Source of the DNA: Calditrichia bacterium
Lineage (GTDB): Bacteria; Calditrichota; Calditrichia; JAJRVZ01
Assembly (NCBI GenBank): GCA_963796965.1
Contig: CAWCNS010000004.1
Span: 672,001 to 736,000 of the forward strand
Direction of reading: 5' to 3'
Length of the DNA: 64,000 bases
Shown here: positions 43,375-55,842 of the stretch, in pieces
How positions within the stretch are numbered: position 1 is the first letter of the stretch
Layout: each line of letters begins with the position of its first letter
The notes under the pieces: model-generated
What the model was told of the DNA's origin: nothing
What the model saw: the letters and a program-made list of their open reading frames with translations, nothing else
Database searches by the model: none
Position numbers and translations under genes: made by a program

Positions 43375-44856
43375 ATGGACGAACAGACAAACATACACTA
43401 TGACAATACCCCACCGGCGTCGCTAAGAAATTTTCTGAATGTACTCTTTCGGCGCAAACGAATTATTCTCACATTTTTTATAATCGTCGTGGTGGTTGTT
43501 ACGGCGGGCAGTTTCCTGATGCCCCATATCTATCAATCCGAATCAAAATTATTAATTGAAAAAGAAGCCGATCCGGAAAAAGCGATGTTATTTAGGATGA
43601 ATGTTTCCCAGGGATATAACAATTACGATTTTATTAACAGCGAGATTGAAATTCTTAGCAGTTATCCGATTGCTGCCCGGGTGGTTAAACAATTCCAATC
43701 CCGCTTAAGTGAAGATGAAGAAGAAGAACTGACAGAAAAAGAAAAAAATGATCACTTTGAAAAAACGATAACCGAATTCCAGAAAAAAATTGAGATCGAA
43801 AATCCGAAGAACAGCAATATATTAATCGTGCGTTATGAAAATAAAGACGCCGCTCTGGCCGCAGAAATTGCCAATTATTTTGTTGAGTACCTATGTCACT
43901 TTCCGTTCGGAGATATCATCAGAGTCGGATACCTACCAGTTTTTTGAAGAGCAGATGAATTTGGCTGACCAAAAATTGGGTGATCTGGAGCAGCGTCAGG
44001 CAGCATTTAAGGGGAAGAAGGAAGGTGGGATCCCGGAAGCCCAGCGGACAATCCTGATGACCCGCGTGGCGGATTATGAGAAAAGTCTGACCACTGTTCA
44101 GACCACCCGTATCGGTAAGGAGGCTAAGTTAGCCGTGATTGAGGAGCAATTCCGAGAGCGGCGGTACACTTAATATTCCCTCGACGGAAAGCAGTGACAG
44201 CCCCAGCCGGGAAAAATATATCGCCAAATTAAAAGGCGAATTGTTGGACATGGAGATCAGAAAAGAAAAATTGCTGCAAAAATTTACGCCCCAGTATAAA
44301 GGCGTACAAGGATCTGGAACAAGAGATAATCGCAACCCGCTTAAAGATTAAAAATGAGATTGAACAAATCGTACAAATGGAAGGGGCGGCGATTAAAGCA
44401 TTAAGTGCAGAAGAACAGGTGCTTAAGACACAGATTGAAAAGATAAGAAATCAAATTCGCGGCCTGGCCCAAAATGAATATGAATATAATCAAATCAGCC
44501 GCGGTATCGATGAGAAACGGGAAATATATTCCATGCTTCTAAAGCAGCGGGAAGAAGCACGTTTATCCCTGGCAAAACTGAAAATGGGGGTAAAAATAAA
44601 AATAATCAGCCCGGCCATTATGCCCACAGAACCGATTAAACCGAAGAAAAAGTTAAATGTTATACTGGCCGTTTTTCTGGGGATCTTTGGCGGTTTAGGT
44701 TTGGCCTTTTTTGTCGAATACTTTGATCATACCATCAATACACCCGACGATCTGGAAAAATTTGCCGGTATACCCTCGTTGGGTTCCGTGCGGGAAATTG
44801 AGATCCCATTTGCAGATAATGGCCGTGGTACCCAGGCCCGCCGGATATTGAATTAA
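43375..44856 (+). CDS. Polysaccharide co-polymerase (GumC/Wzc N-terminal part); three single-base insertions near 43880, 44152 and 44308
   Basis: LFRRKRII, two TM segments, coiled coil, PIKPKKKLN, EYFDHTI. Confidence 0.88.
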
Positions 44857-44869
44857 ACTGTAGTTTTTT

Positions 44870-45087
<218 letters not shown>

Positions 45088-45119
45088 ATTAACATTTATT
45101 TAATAATCGCAGGCATACA

Positions 45120-46241
45120 ATGTACTTTAACTATTATGGTCTAAAGGAAAAGCCCTTTTCACTCTCGGCGGATCCCCGTTATCTCTATTACAGCCGCAGT
45201 CATAAGGAAGCTTTGGCGCAGATGATTTATGCCGCTTCAGAAGATGCCGGATTTCTGATCCTTACAGGAGAAGTTGGTACGGGTAAGACAATTATGATCA
45301 ACGCCTTGATCGATCGCCTGCCAAAGGAATATCGCGTAGCAAAAATCTACCATTCCGCTCTCAGCCCAAAGGGGTTAATAGAAAACATCTGCAAAGAATT
45401 TAACATCGACTTTTCTAATTCTTCCATATCGCAACTGGTTTTAAAAATTCAGGATTTCCTAAAATGGACCCATACGTCCGGTGAACGTTCCATTCTGATC
45501 CTTGATGAGGCACAAAACCTGACCGCAGAAACACTTGAAGAAATCAGATTATTATCCAACTTTGAGGCCGCACATAAAAAGGTAATGCAGATATTCCTTA
45601 TTGGACAACCAGAGTTAGAAGAGAAACTGTGGAGCAATGATCTGCGCCAACTACGGGAGCGGATAAGTCTAAAGTATCGCTTACAAAAGCTGGACCGGGG
45701 TGAAACCTCACAATATATTGCCAAGCGTCTGGCCGTTGCCGGGCATGCAAATGGCAAGGCCATCTTTACAAAGGAAGCGGTCGATACCATTTATCGATTA
45801 TCGGGCGGAATACCGAGGAGAATTAATATTCTATGCGAGAATGCGCTGTTAACCGGATATGCCGAGAATTATAAATTGATCTATGAACGGGTGATCAGGA
45901 AAGTTGGTGCTTATAGTCAGCATGAAAAAAGCCCCTCCGAACTCATCGAAAAAAATCCAATTGTCGCTGAAGCCAATGGCATCCCTGTAAAAAAACCGTC
46001 AGGATCTGCCACGATTTCTCCGGATATAACATTAGGAAGACCTTCTAACGGCAATGGTACGTTTGATTACGGTAACTTTCGAAAATATATGTCCCAATTC
46101 TTAAGTGACAATCAACTATCGCTTAAGAAAAAACCAAGTTCCGGCAAGGTGATATCTTCTATAATTTTTGGATTTATCCTACTGGTCCTGGCATTTCTGA
46201 CAGCCATTTATGCCGCCATCCAACTGGGGATTATAAATTGA
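45120..46241 (+). CDS. ExeA-like AAA ATPase associated with EPS loci
   Basis: [39 protein letters not shown]. Confidence 0.9.
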   Translation: MYFNYYGLKEKPFSLSADPRYLYYSRSHKEALAQMIYAASEDAGFLILTGEVGTGKTIMINALIDRLPKEYRVAKIYHSALSPKGLIENICKEFNIDFSNSSISQLVLKIQDFLKWTHTSGERSILILDEAQNLTAETLEEIRLLSNFEAAHKKVMQIFLIGQPELEEKLWSNDLRQLRERISLKYRLQKLDRGETSQYIAKRLAVAGHANGKAIFTKEAVDTIYRLSGGIPRRINILCENALLTGYAENYKLIYERVIRKVGAYSQHEKSPSELIEKNPIVAEANGIPVKKPSGSATISPDITLGRPSNGNGTFDYGNFRKYMSQFLSDNQLSLKKKPSSGKVISSIIFGFILLVLAFLTAIYAAIQLGIIN

Positions 46242-46265
46242 AACTTAGATTTCTTTATCATGAAT

Positions 46266-46460
46266 TCCACGAATTGGTCCACGAATTACACTAATTATTA
46301 CGAATTTCACGAAATTCAAAGATTAAGATTTATATTTATAAGTAAATCAGATTTTCTGAATTCTTTTTCGAATTATATATTTGTTTATATATAATAAATC
46401 TAATCAAATAAATTTGTGAAATTCGTATGAATTAGTGTAATTCGTGGACCAATTCGTGGA
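46266..46460. repeat. About 50-bp-arm inverted repeat of the CACGAAT family
   Basis: 46266-46296 is the exact reverse complement of 46430-46460. Confidence 0.95.
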
Positions 46461-46478
46461 TAAAAAAAGGGTGCTTGA

Positions 46479-47300
46479 ATGGAGACTTTTCAGAAAGTCC
46501 TGAAAAAAGCGCGGGATGATGGTCAGATTGATCCCAGAATTTTAACTGTCTCTGAGACCTCTACCCATTTTCATGGCCAGCAATTGCAATTGCCACCGCA
46601 ACTTCTGGTTCTTCCAGAACCGGTCATTCGTGATCTGCAAAAAATTACTGAGAACATCCGCCAAACAGCCGAATCAAGGCAAATGCAGATTATCGGTTTT
46701 GCCAGCGCCATACCGGGGCAGGGTACTTCAACCGTGACGGCTTTATTATCTCTGCTCATGGCCGCCCGTGAGAAAATGAACTACGACCAGCTGCAATCTA
46801 AATCAACCCCCAAAGATAAACAGGAACGACAGTTAGGATTGTTATTGATTGATGGTCAGATACGCCATCCTTCACTCCATCACAAAATGGGATTGGATAA
46901 ACGCGGTGGTTTAATTGATATCCTGGAAAATGAAATTCCGGGAAGCAAGGCGGTTAAAAATGTGCCCCATTCCCCCTTAAGAATGGTCACGGCGGGAACA
47001 AATAATAATTTCCAGTTATCTCAAAGCCATCTGCAACGTTTATCCCATCTGTTAGAAAACGCAAAAAAACAGGTAGGATTTATTTTTGTTGATATACCAC
47101 CCTTACTCACTTACTCAGAAGGCACTTCCTTAAGCCGTTTATGTGATGGGGTGATCCTGGTGGTTCAGGCCGGTGAAACCCGCTGGGAGGTCATCCAGGA
47201 AGCGAGGCGATTGCTGGAGCGGACCGGGGTAAATCTCTTAGGTGGGGTACTAAATCGCAGAGAGTATCTTATTCCCTCCTGGGCCTATAAGAATATTTAA
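46479..47300 (+). CDS. CpsD/CapB-family tyrosine kinase homolog with degenerate Walker A
   Basis: PGQGTST, LLIDGQIRHP, FVDIPP, DGVILVV, GGVLN. Confidence 0.85.
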   Translation: METFQKVLKKARDDGQIDPRILTVSETSTHFHGQQLQLPPQLLVLPEPVIRDLQKITENIRQTAESRQMQIIGFASAIPGQGTSTVTALLSLLMAAREKMNYDQLQSKSTPKDKQERQLGLLLIDGQIRHPSLHHKMGLDKRGGLIDILENEIPGSKAVKNVPHSPLRMVTAGTNNNFQLSQSHLQRLSHLLENAKKQVGFIFVDIPPLLTYSEGTSLSRLCDGVILVVQAGETRWEVIQEARRLLERTGVNLLGGVLNRREYLIPSWAYKNI

Positions 47301-47316
47301 TAGGGGAAGTTTTTTT

Positions 47317-47474
47317 ACCGCAAGGACGCAAGGAAGGCGCAAAGTACGCAAAGTTTATTTTATAAATTTTTTAAAGATAGATTTAGGTTAGTATTAAATA
47401 TGTATCATAAATTAAAATCCAAAAATAAATAGAAAATCCTTGCGTTCTTTGCGCCTTCCTTGCGTCTTTGCGGT
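47317..47474. repeat. 37-bp-arm inverted repeat of the CGCAAAG family
   Basis: 47317-47353 matches the reverse complement of 47438-47474 at 34/37. Confidence 0.95.
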
Positions 47475-47507
47475 TAAATAATTCTTGAAATTAGTAGAAA
47501 ATTTCTT

Positions 47508-48945
47508 ATGAACCAATTACGTCGTCAAATATTGCTAAAAGCATTCAAATTTTGTGATGTGGGTATCATGATGGGTGCCTTTGCCTTTGCTACCATTGCC
47601 ACCCATTTCCAGAAAAATCATATTCCTTTTGATGAATTTCTTTCCATGCGCATAAAGGTTCAGAATATTTTATTAGTTTTAGGGTTGGTTTTGATCTGGT
47701 ACACGATATTCAACCTGTTCAAATTATATAACTCAAAACGTTTATCAGGCCGCCTTAGTGAAGTTACAGATATTATTAAAGCCACATTGACAGGAACGTT
47801 TACAATAATGCTGATTTCAATATTATTTGAGATTGAGATGATTACGCCGATATTTTTAATTGTATTCCTGTCTGCGGTCAGTTTTTTTACTATTGCCAGC
47901 CGCTTATCACTCCGTTTTATTTTGGGTCAAATCAGGGCGCGGGGAAGAAACCTGCGCCATATGCTAATCGCTGGTACCAATGAACGGGCAATAAATTTTG
48001 CTCATAAGATCGAGTCCGATCCAGCCTTAGGCTATCAGATTGTAGGATTTGCTGATGATGACTGGGCGGGCTTAAAAGACTTTGGCAAGACAGGATATTC
48101 CTTTGTCACGGATTTAAAAAATTTTTCACCCTATATCAGAGAGCATGTGGTTGATGAAGTAGCGATCAACCTGCCGATGAGATCCTATTATAAACATGCG
48201 GCGGAGATTGCTGCGCTTTGTGAGGAGCAGGGAATTGTAGTGCGGCAATTTTCCGATATTTTCTCCCTGAAAAACGGACATTCCCATTTCGAGACACTCG
48301 AAGAAGATCAGGTGATGACCATTTCTACCGGGGCGATGGTTGGTTGGCAATTAGGGGTTAAACGGCTGCTCGATTTAGTGGTATCGGCTGTCTTATTTAT
48401 TGTTACCTTACCGATATTGTTGATCACAGCCATCATGGTCAAACTAACATCAAACGGTCCGGTATTTTTTTTCCAGGAGAGGGTAGGGCTAAATAAACGG
48501 ATATTTAAGATGTACAAATTCCGTACGATGTGCGCCGATGCAGAAGAAAAACAGGAAGATCTGGAGTCTCTAAATGAGGCGAGCGGTCCGGTATTTAAAA
48601 TAAAAAATGATCCGCGTATTACGGTATTGGCAAATTCCTGCGGAAAACCAGTATTGATGAACTGCCGCAGTTGATAAATATTTTAAAGGGGGAAATGAGC
48701 CTGGTCGGACCGCGGCCGCTGCCCCTGCGCGATTATAAAGGATTTACCGAGGATTGGCACCGGCGCCGGGTTAGTGTTAAACCGGGGGTACCTGTTTGTG
48801 GCAGATAAATGGTAGAAGTGATGTTTCATTTGAGAAATGGATGGAATTGGATATTAAATATATTGATAACTGGTCGTTCGGATTCGATATTAAAATTTTA
48901 CTAAAAACAATACCAATAGTACTGAAAGGTTCTGGAGCAGTTTAA
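47508..48945 (+). CDS. Undecaprenyl-phosphate sugar phosphotransferase (WcaJ/CpsE-like); frameshifts near 48625 and 48790
   Basis: [31 protein letters not shown] and WQINGRS in shifted frames. Confidence 0.92.
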
Positions 48946-48949
48946 ATAT

Positions 48950-49168
48950 ATGAAAAATTCTAATATGTATATTTTAGGTATCTCAGCATTCTATCATGAT
49001 AGTGCAGCCTGCTTAATAAGAGACGGCGAAATAATAGCCGCTGCCCAGGAAGAGCGTTTTACAAGGAAAAAACATGATTTTAGTTTTCCATTGAATGCTA
49101 AAAACCCTTGCCATATTGTACAAATGTCTAGAATTCTTCATAGTATGGCAGATCAATGGCTAAAATAG
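48950..49168 (+). pseudogene. N-terminal stub of a NodU/CmcH-family carbamoyltransferase
   Basis: ILGISAFYHDSAACL...AQEERFTRKKHD, then similarity is lost. Confidence 0.85.
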
Positions 49169-50506
49169 CCAGACACAGTTTTTTTATACTTTTGGCACGA
49201 TTATTAGAGGCCGTAGCAGCAATGGTTAATAGCATTATTCTTGCACGCATGTTGGGACCTGATGGCCGAGGGAGATATGCACTGATTCTCGCGATTGTGA
49301 TACTCCTTTCAGTCCTGGGAACGTTAGGTATAACTGAAAGTAATGTTTATCTGATAAACAAAAAAAGATACTCTGCCCACAACTTTATATCAAATTCCAT
49401 ATACTTTGCTTTTTGTTCTTCAGTTCTGTGGTTCGCAGTATTTATTCTTTTTTATAAACTGATAGGCTATCGGATGCTGCCAACCTTGACCTTGAGTGAG
49501 ATACTGTTGCCCCTGACCATCTTACCCTTTTACTTGCTGTTTGTATATCTTCAAAACATACTTTTGGGAATAGGAGCAATCTATAGGTTTATAAGTACGA
49601 ATATCTTTTTAGCTGTATCTCCTTTATTATTTCTGATGATCTTTTTATTGGATTTCAGATTGACACTTAGGGAGGCTATCTATGCATATATGCTGTCATA
49701 TATGAGTGCGTGTTCTTACACTTTCTGGTGTTGTATTAAAGAAGAAGGAAGTTTTAAGTTTTCGCCAAATGCCTCATTGGCAAAGGAATCTTTGATCTAT
49801 GGGTTGAAGACCAATATCGGAACTATTCTTCAGATAGCTCGGGATCGACTAGAGACTATTATCCTAGGGTATTTTATGATGAATTCCGCTGTTGGCTATT
49901 ATAATGTTGCTACCGGTTTATCAGACAGACTGAAAATGTTACCAAAGACAGTTTCTTATCTCTTATTTGCAGAGGTATCAAAGTCTGATCATGAATCAGG
50001 GGATATATTGACAGCGAAGTTTACACGGAACATATTGTGGATCATGTCTCCACTCATTGGTATCCTCATCATATTTTCAAAATATATCGTTCTTATTCTC
50101 TATGGCCGGGAATTTCTGCCGGCTCATGTCCCAATGTCAATTTTGTTTGGATCAACACTACTATCCGCATTTACATTTTTCCTTGGCAAACTATTTCTTG
50201 GACAGGGGCGCCCTAGAGTATACCTGTTTGCTGGCGCAGCGGCTCTGGTGACAACGATCGGACTGGACGTGTTGTTGATTCCCCTTTACGGACTCGTAGG
50301 GGCTGCAATTGCAAATACATCCGGGTCTAGCAGCTATGGCTTATTTATATCTTCATATCCACAAAAGGAATTCATCTAATTCTCTCAGCAGTTTTTTATT
50401 TCTCAACAAAGATGATTTGCAACTTTATATGGATGTATGGAGCAAGGCAAGAAGTAACACTTCCTTACAATTTAAGCGAATTAGAAATCATATATTCAAA
50501 AAATGA
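49156..50506 (+). CDS. Wzx-type flippase (frameshift near 50325)
   Basis: ARMLGPDGRGRY, VGYYNVA, LIPLYGLVGAAIA; many TM segments. Confidence 0.88.
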
Positions 50507-50509
50507 GAT

Positions 50510-51838
50510 ATGGATAGTAAACGAAATTACTTGGAACAGTTCGGTGACCTCCTCGGGGCAGTATTTCTCAGTCCGCTCAAAGGTTTCTACTTTCTAATAG
50601 ATCAAACATGGGTCGTGTTTCTCTTGGCCCTCTCACTCTGTATCTTCCGCCATCCCGATGTAGCAGTCTTTCCTATAGACAGGATTGTATTTGCACTACT
50701 TATTTTGTTGGTAGTGACATCCAGGCTAATGCGGCCGAGACTGTTGTCTATTAAGGAACCCATCATATTGCCAATGATCGCTTTGACTATTATTGCGACA
50801 TTCAGCGCCATACAGGTCCCATACAAGGCTCAGACATGGAGTATCCTCGCAAATACATTTGTCGTACCATTCGCGATGTTTTTCCTGTCCAAAGCGGTAT
50901 TTAGTACTAAGAAAGCGATAAAGCATTTTTTCAGATTCTGTGTAATTGTTACAGCATATCTCACTTTTATCGCCATTGCCTCTTTGTTGGATGCCCAGGC
51001 CCTTATATTCCCAAGATACATCCTGAACCCATCTGTAGGACTTTTGGAACACATGGGTCGAGCCCGTGGGCCCTTTCTCAACGCTGTTGCAAATGGATCT
51101 GCCATCACAATGCTCGGACTTGTTCTGTTGCATTGGTACATGAAAATGAGAAGAGGTTTTTTACGAACCATCCTCTTGTCAATTCTTATTGCCCTGCCTT
51201 TCGGCATATTTGCGACGATGACCAGAGGTGTCTGGGTATCAGGTCTTTTTGCCGTAATCTTCTTTTTTGTGAGTACCAAATATACTAATATAAGGAAGGC
51301 TGGTATAATATGGCTCGTGTTTGCATTTTTTGGTATATGGGCGCTAACTACCTCAACAAGTATTATAGGGTTAATGTCCGAAAGACTTCATGATCAACAT
51401 AATATAAATTTCCGCCTCGATATTTATCGTGCTGCTTTCGATATGTTTAAAGAGAAGCCCATCTTGGGATGGGGAGCAAATGTGGCGCCATTTATAGTGG
51501 ATCATTACCTGCAGGGATATAGTGGCGATGTGTGGCTTCATAATACATACCTGGATGTTCTAGTTGGTCAGGGTATTGTTGGGTTCCTCCTGTATGCATC
51601 TATAATTGTATATCTTTTTGGCATAGGCAGGCGCATTTCTTGCTCCATCGGCGAAAAAGATGCGAACATGATCGATCGTGGATTTGTCTTGGTATTTCGC
51701 AATATACTTTGTGTTTACCTCATTAATAGTTTTTTTGTTGTCATGCTCTATCAATTTACGAATGCTTTGGTATTTACAATAGCAGGCATTATTTCTGCAA
51801 GAGAAGTAGAGTTGGTCAGCAGCCCCGTAGCAAAGTGA
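50510..51838 (+). CDS. O-antigen ligase/Wzy-like polymerase
   Basis: RARGPF, TMTRG, RLDIY, PILGWG, HNTYL. Confidence 0.85.
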   Translation: MDSKRNYLEQFGDLLGAVFLSPLKGFYFLIDQTWVVFLLALSLCIFRHPDVAVFPIDRIVFALLILLVVTSRLMRPRLLSIKEPIILPMIALTIIATFSAIQVPYKAQTWSILANTFVVPFAMFFLSKAVFSTKKAIKHFFRFCVIVTAYLTFIAIASLLDAQALIFPRYILNPSVGLLEHMGRARGPFLNAVANGSAITMLGLVLLHWYMKMRRGFLRTILLSILIALPFGIFATMTRGVWVSGLFAVIFFFVSTKYTNIRKAGIIWLVFAFFGIWALTTSTSIIGLMSERLHDQHNINFRLDIYRAAFDMFKEKPILGWGANVAPFIVDHYLQGYSGDVWLHNTYLDVLVGQGIVGFLLYASIIVYLFGIGRRISCSIGEKDANMIDRGFVLVFRNILCVYLINSFFVVMLYQFTNALVFTIAGIISAREVELVSSPVAK

Positions 51839-52124
51839 GGACAGGTGCCCACTTGAAGGCCTGTTTTGGGTAACCATTATACTTGGTCTATAGAGAGGCT
51901 CTCGAGAAGCATCAATTATGGGTAGGTGCGCGGTTTGAGCAACAGTCATTTCAGAGTGATGGCGATTTCTCCAAATTTCTTGAGTATTGTATTTTGATAC
52001 CGGCAGATGAATTGGTCCTGAATCGCTTGAGAGAATAACGACGAGTTCAATTGCCGCAATAACGGGCTACTATTTAAGCGGTTTTAATTGTTTCCTGGTC
52101 ATTTGATCTTGCGCCACCTTTCTT

Positions 52125-53064
52125 ATGCTGATTTATTATTTTGGCTCCCTTGAGGATAGTTCAGTTCAGATGGTCTATAGATTTTCCACAACAGGTGCAG
52201 GAGAAGCAGTGAGGAAATATACAAATTTAAGGATAGCAAGAAATTTCAGAGATATCAATGAAGCGCGCCCACTTAGATACCGGTTGCGCGCTCACGTAAG
52301 AGATATGATGATGGCCATTCTGTCTTTTCCTCCAAGAGCAGATTCCATAGGTTCGTGGATCAGATTTCCCTTCTATCATCATGTTTTTGATGATGAAAGG
52401 AAGGCTTTTGACCGCCAGTTGAAATATTTAAAAAATCGAGGAGATATTATCTCGCTGCACGATGCGATTAGTATCTTTGAAGGAAGAGAAAAAATCTCGG
52501 AACATTACTTTTGTATTACTTTTGATGATGGATTCAAAAACTGTCTGACGAATGCCCTACCAATATTAGTTGAGAACAATTGCCAAGCCACTTTCTTCGT
52601 AGCCACCGACTACATAGGGTGTGATCTTCACCAAGATCAGAAAATAGTTCAAAACTTCTTTCTTCGTAGTTCGTACCCTTCACAAATCTTAATCGAGTTT
52701 ATGGATTGGAATGACTGCAGGACATTGATTAATTCTGGAATGACATGCGGTGCGCACACATGCAGTCACGTACCGTTATCCATGTTGACGATTGAAGAGG
52801 CCACGCAAGAATTGATTATATCGAAACAAACGATTGAGAGGGAATTGGGCGTAGAATGCCTCTATTTTTCTTCTCCTTGGGGAATTCCTGGAAAGGATTT
52901 TGATATCCACATTCATCCTATTCTTAGCCAGAAAATTAGGATTCCATGCGTTTCTCACTACAGAAAGAGGTGCCAATTATGGCACAGCAGACCCGTTGAT
53001 GATTAAACGTGACTTTTTGTTTGCGAAGTGGCAGAATTTTCAACTTCGTTATCTTCTTGCATAA
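52125..53064 (+). CDS. Polysaccharide deacetylase (frameshift near 52928; start uncertain)
   Basis: YHHV, ITFDDG, GAHTCSH, SPWG. Confidence 0.82.
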
Positions 53065-53220
53065 TAATACTATAAAAAAGACGGCGTTGAAACTTTGTAT
53101 TAGAACTTTAATCAAGAAATTTGATGGTTCTAAATGATAGTGATAGTGCACTGCTGATGCTGGGAGTTGGATTTTCTCTAATAAGATTATCGATACCACT
53201 ATCCTAACTTTGGATTAGTA

Positions 53221-55155
53221 ATGATGAATTTAGTCTTTCATTTGAAGGGGTTTCTGAATAAAGCGGCACAGCGCGGTGTCGGGTACCCCATTGCACTGTT
53301 AAAATACTATCTCAGTAGGAATTGGTATCATATCAAACTCGCTTTGCTTGAAGGCCGACGATTAAATAGTAATGGAGTAAATATCTTCTTTAGGGACATT
53401 GACTCTAATAGTTCGGAGGATATCCTTGTAGACTATTTCACTGAAAGGAAATCTCCTGTATTCCATTTTTATCGAGACATAATAGGAACGATAGTCGAGC
53501 AAGTACCCGGCGCCTTAAAAGATAAAACCATTGCAGAAGCGAACAAAATATTAGAACAACGCTTTACCTTCCGCAATATTGGTGAACATAAATTTGATGG
53601 AGACGTTGATTGGTCTTATACTCCAAAAAATAGCATCTCGTGGCTGTGGGATTTAAATCGGCACAGTTACTTCCTAGATCTGGCGAGAGCATATTATTAC
53701 ACCAACGAGGATCAATATATCAGACATATGGTGACGCTTTGGGAGAGTTGGATAGTCCAGAACCCCGTATCGAAGACTGTCAATTGGGCCACACCCTTTG
53801 AGGTCGCCAGTAGGCTTAATAATTGGATTTGGTCCTTTTTTTTCTTGGTTTACTCGGGTATAAAGCCGTCTGCTCCACTTGGTAAATTCTTGGCATCAAT
53901 GTGCGATCATGCAGAGTACTTGTACTATAACCTTGAATACCACTGGCCAAATAATCATTTGTTCTTGGAATCTAAAACATTGTTTGAGTTTTCCTTGCTG
54001 TTTCCTGAAGTAATAAACCAAGAAAAATACTTTCGGCGATCAGAGTCAGTCTTCAAAGACCAGGTCACATCCCAAATTTTGCCTGACGGGGGTCACTCTG
54101 AACTCTCTTCAATGTATCATCTTATAGTGGCGGGAGAATTACTGGAAATCGCTTCACTTGCAAAAAGGAACCGAATACCAGTCGCTGAGGCTTTCGAGGC
54201 ACAACTGCTGGGATCACTTAAATTCTCGCGGGCTATGGTGCGAGACGATGGCTCGATGACATTACTGGGAGATTCGGCAACTGAAGATAATAATATTCGA
54301 TTTTCGCCAGCCCGGGTTGGACTGAGCGACTTGAATTATTGGCTTCTCAATGAAGCCCAAACTGAACTCTTGCCGCCGAATGCTAAAAAGAAAGGCCTCT
54401 CTGTAGAGGTCTTTCCATATTCGGGTTATGCTTTTATAAGGAATGAGTCTGGTGATAGGAAATTCTCAAGCACCTTTGATTTTGGCGCCTTCAGCCGAAA
54501 CCCGGCGGCGGACCATGCGCATAATGATGCCTTGAGCTTTGACTTATATGCCTTGGGAAGGCAAATCATTATAGATCCTGGCGTGTGTTTCTCAAGTGCA
54601 CCAGGCGCTATACCCCATGACTATTTTAGAGGTACAGCCGCTCACAATACAGTTATGATTGATGATAGAGAACAATCCCAAATTTGGCGGAAATCTGATG
54701 TGAGAAAAAAGGCTAAGGTTAGTTTACATTGTTTTCATACCACACCTGAAAGAGTAGAAATTGAGGCATCTTGCGTTCCATACTGGACAAATAATAGTAA
54801 GATAATCCACACACGCAAGATTAACTATCTTTTATATGGTCGAGTGGAGGTCATCGATCACATTAGTGGGACTGGCAACAGGAATCTGAAATGGTTTTTT
54901 CACTTTGGTCCAGACATCGAGATAACGACTCACGGAAATGATGAAGTATCTGGGTTCGATGAGAAAGGAGATCCGATATTTACCCTTCTTGTCAGCGCTC
55001 TTAAGAGACCAGATCTGAGCATCGTCAGAGGATCGATCGATCCATTTCAGGGGTGGATGTCTTTTAATTCCTCAGAAGTCAAAGCAATTAGTACAGCAAT
55101 TTATGAGATTAGGGTTGGAGTTCCTTTTCGGTGCAATTTTGAATTCAATTTTTGA
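53221..55155 (+). CDS. Heparinase II/III-family protein
   Basis: WDLNRH, NNHL, DGGHSELS..YH, HAHNDALSF, DPG, TAAHNTV. Confidence 0.9.
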   Translation: MMNLVFHLKGFLNKAAQRGVGYPIALLKYYLSRNWYHIKLALLEGRRLNSNGVNIFFRDIDSNSSEDILVDYFTERKSPVFHFYRDIIGTIVEQVPGALKDKTIAEANKILEQRFTFRNIGEHKFDGDVDWSYTPKNSISWLWDLNRHSYFLDLARAYYYTNEDQYIRHMVTLWESWIVQNPVSKTVNWATPFEVASRLNNWIWSFFFLVYSGIKPSAPLGKFLASMCDHAEYLYYNLEYHWPNNHLFLESKTLFEFSLLFPEVINQEKYFRRSESVFKDQVTSQILPDGGHSELSSMYHLIVAGELLEIASLAKRNRIPVAEAFEAQLLGSLKFSRAMVRDDGSMTLLGDSATEDNNIRFSPARVGLSDLNYWLLNEAQTELLPPNAKKKGLSVEVFPYSGYAFIRNESGDRKFSSTFDFGAFSRNPAADHAHNDALSFDLYALGRQIIIDPGVCFSSAPGAIPHDYFRGTAAHNTVMIDDREQSQIWRKSDVRKKAKVSLHCFHTTPERVEIEASCVPYWTNNSKIIHTRKINYLLYGRVEVIDHISGTGNRNLKWFFHFGPDIEITTHGNDEVSGFDEKGDPIFTLLVSALKRPDLSIVRGSIDPFQGWMSFNSSEVKAISTAIYEIRVGVPFRCNFEFNF

Positions 55156-55209
55156 GGTCACGGAGGAATCTTGAAGGAAAGGTACGGAATTGATTTGTCT
55201 GGACATGAA

Positions 55210-55842
55210 TTGAAAATAGGCTACATGTTGCATAGACTTTCCGATGTTAACTGACACCTACCTCTGTTCGGAGATAGAAGCCTTAAGGGCTAAAGGGATT
55301 GAGGTCCATATTTTTGCCGGCTTCAGATCGGATAGCCTGTGGGCCATTCCGAACTTAACAGATCTTGTCTCAGAAACAACATATTTAAAACCTTATAAGG
55401 TCAAAATGTTACTAAAGGCATGTTGGCTATCTTTGTTACATTCGATACAATTAAGGGACATTTATGCGCGGGTGTTATTTGGGGGGGGCACCGAAGGATT
55501 TCTTCGTCGTGGCAAGGCCCTTCTGCATTCCATAGCGGGTGCCTATTTTGCCCTACTGCTTAAAGACCATAAGGTGATCCACATTCACGCCAACCATGGT
55601 TATTTTGCTAGCTGGGATAGCTATGGTCGCAGGCTAGAATACTCGGGATATCTTACAGCATAACTTTTCATGGTTCCGATCTTCTAATAGACAAACTTTT
55701 TTTGGATCTGAAAGTAAACAATAGCGCCTTTTGTTTTACCATCTCGGAATATAACAAACGTCATCTAATTCAGCAGCTTCCCGAAATTGACCCTGAAAAG
55801 ATTATTGTACACTATATCGGTGTCGACGTGGACATGAAATGA
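55210..55842 (+). CDS. GT4 glycosyltransferase N-terminal half (WcaL-like; three single-base insertions)
   Basis: MKIGY..FPMLTDT, HIHANHG, TFHGSD, ISEYNK, HYIGVD across shifted frames. Confidence 0.75.

Noticed and set aside
42895..43398. 167-aa minus-strand ORF (and 44695-45084 with GYGIRDT repeats)
   Set aside because: Low-complexity translations of intergenic repeats, antisense to the operon
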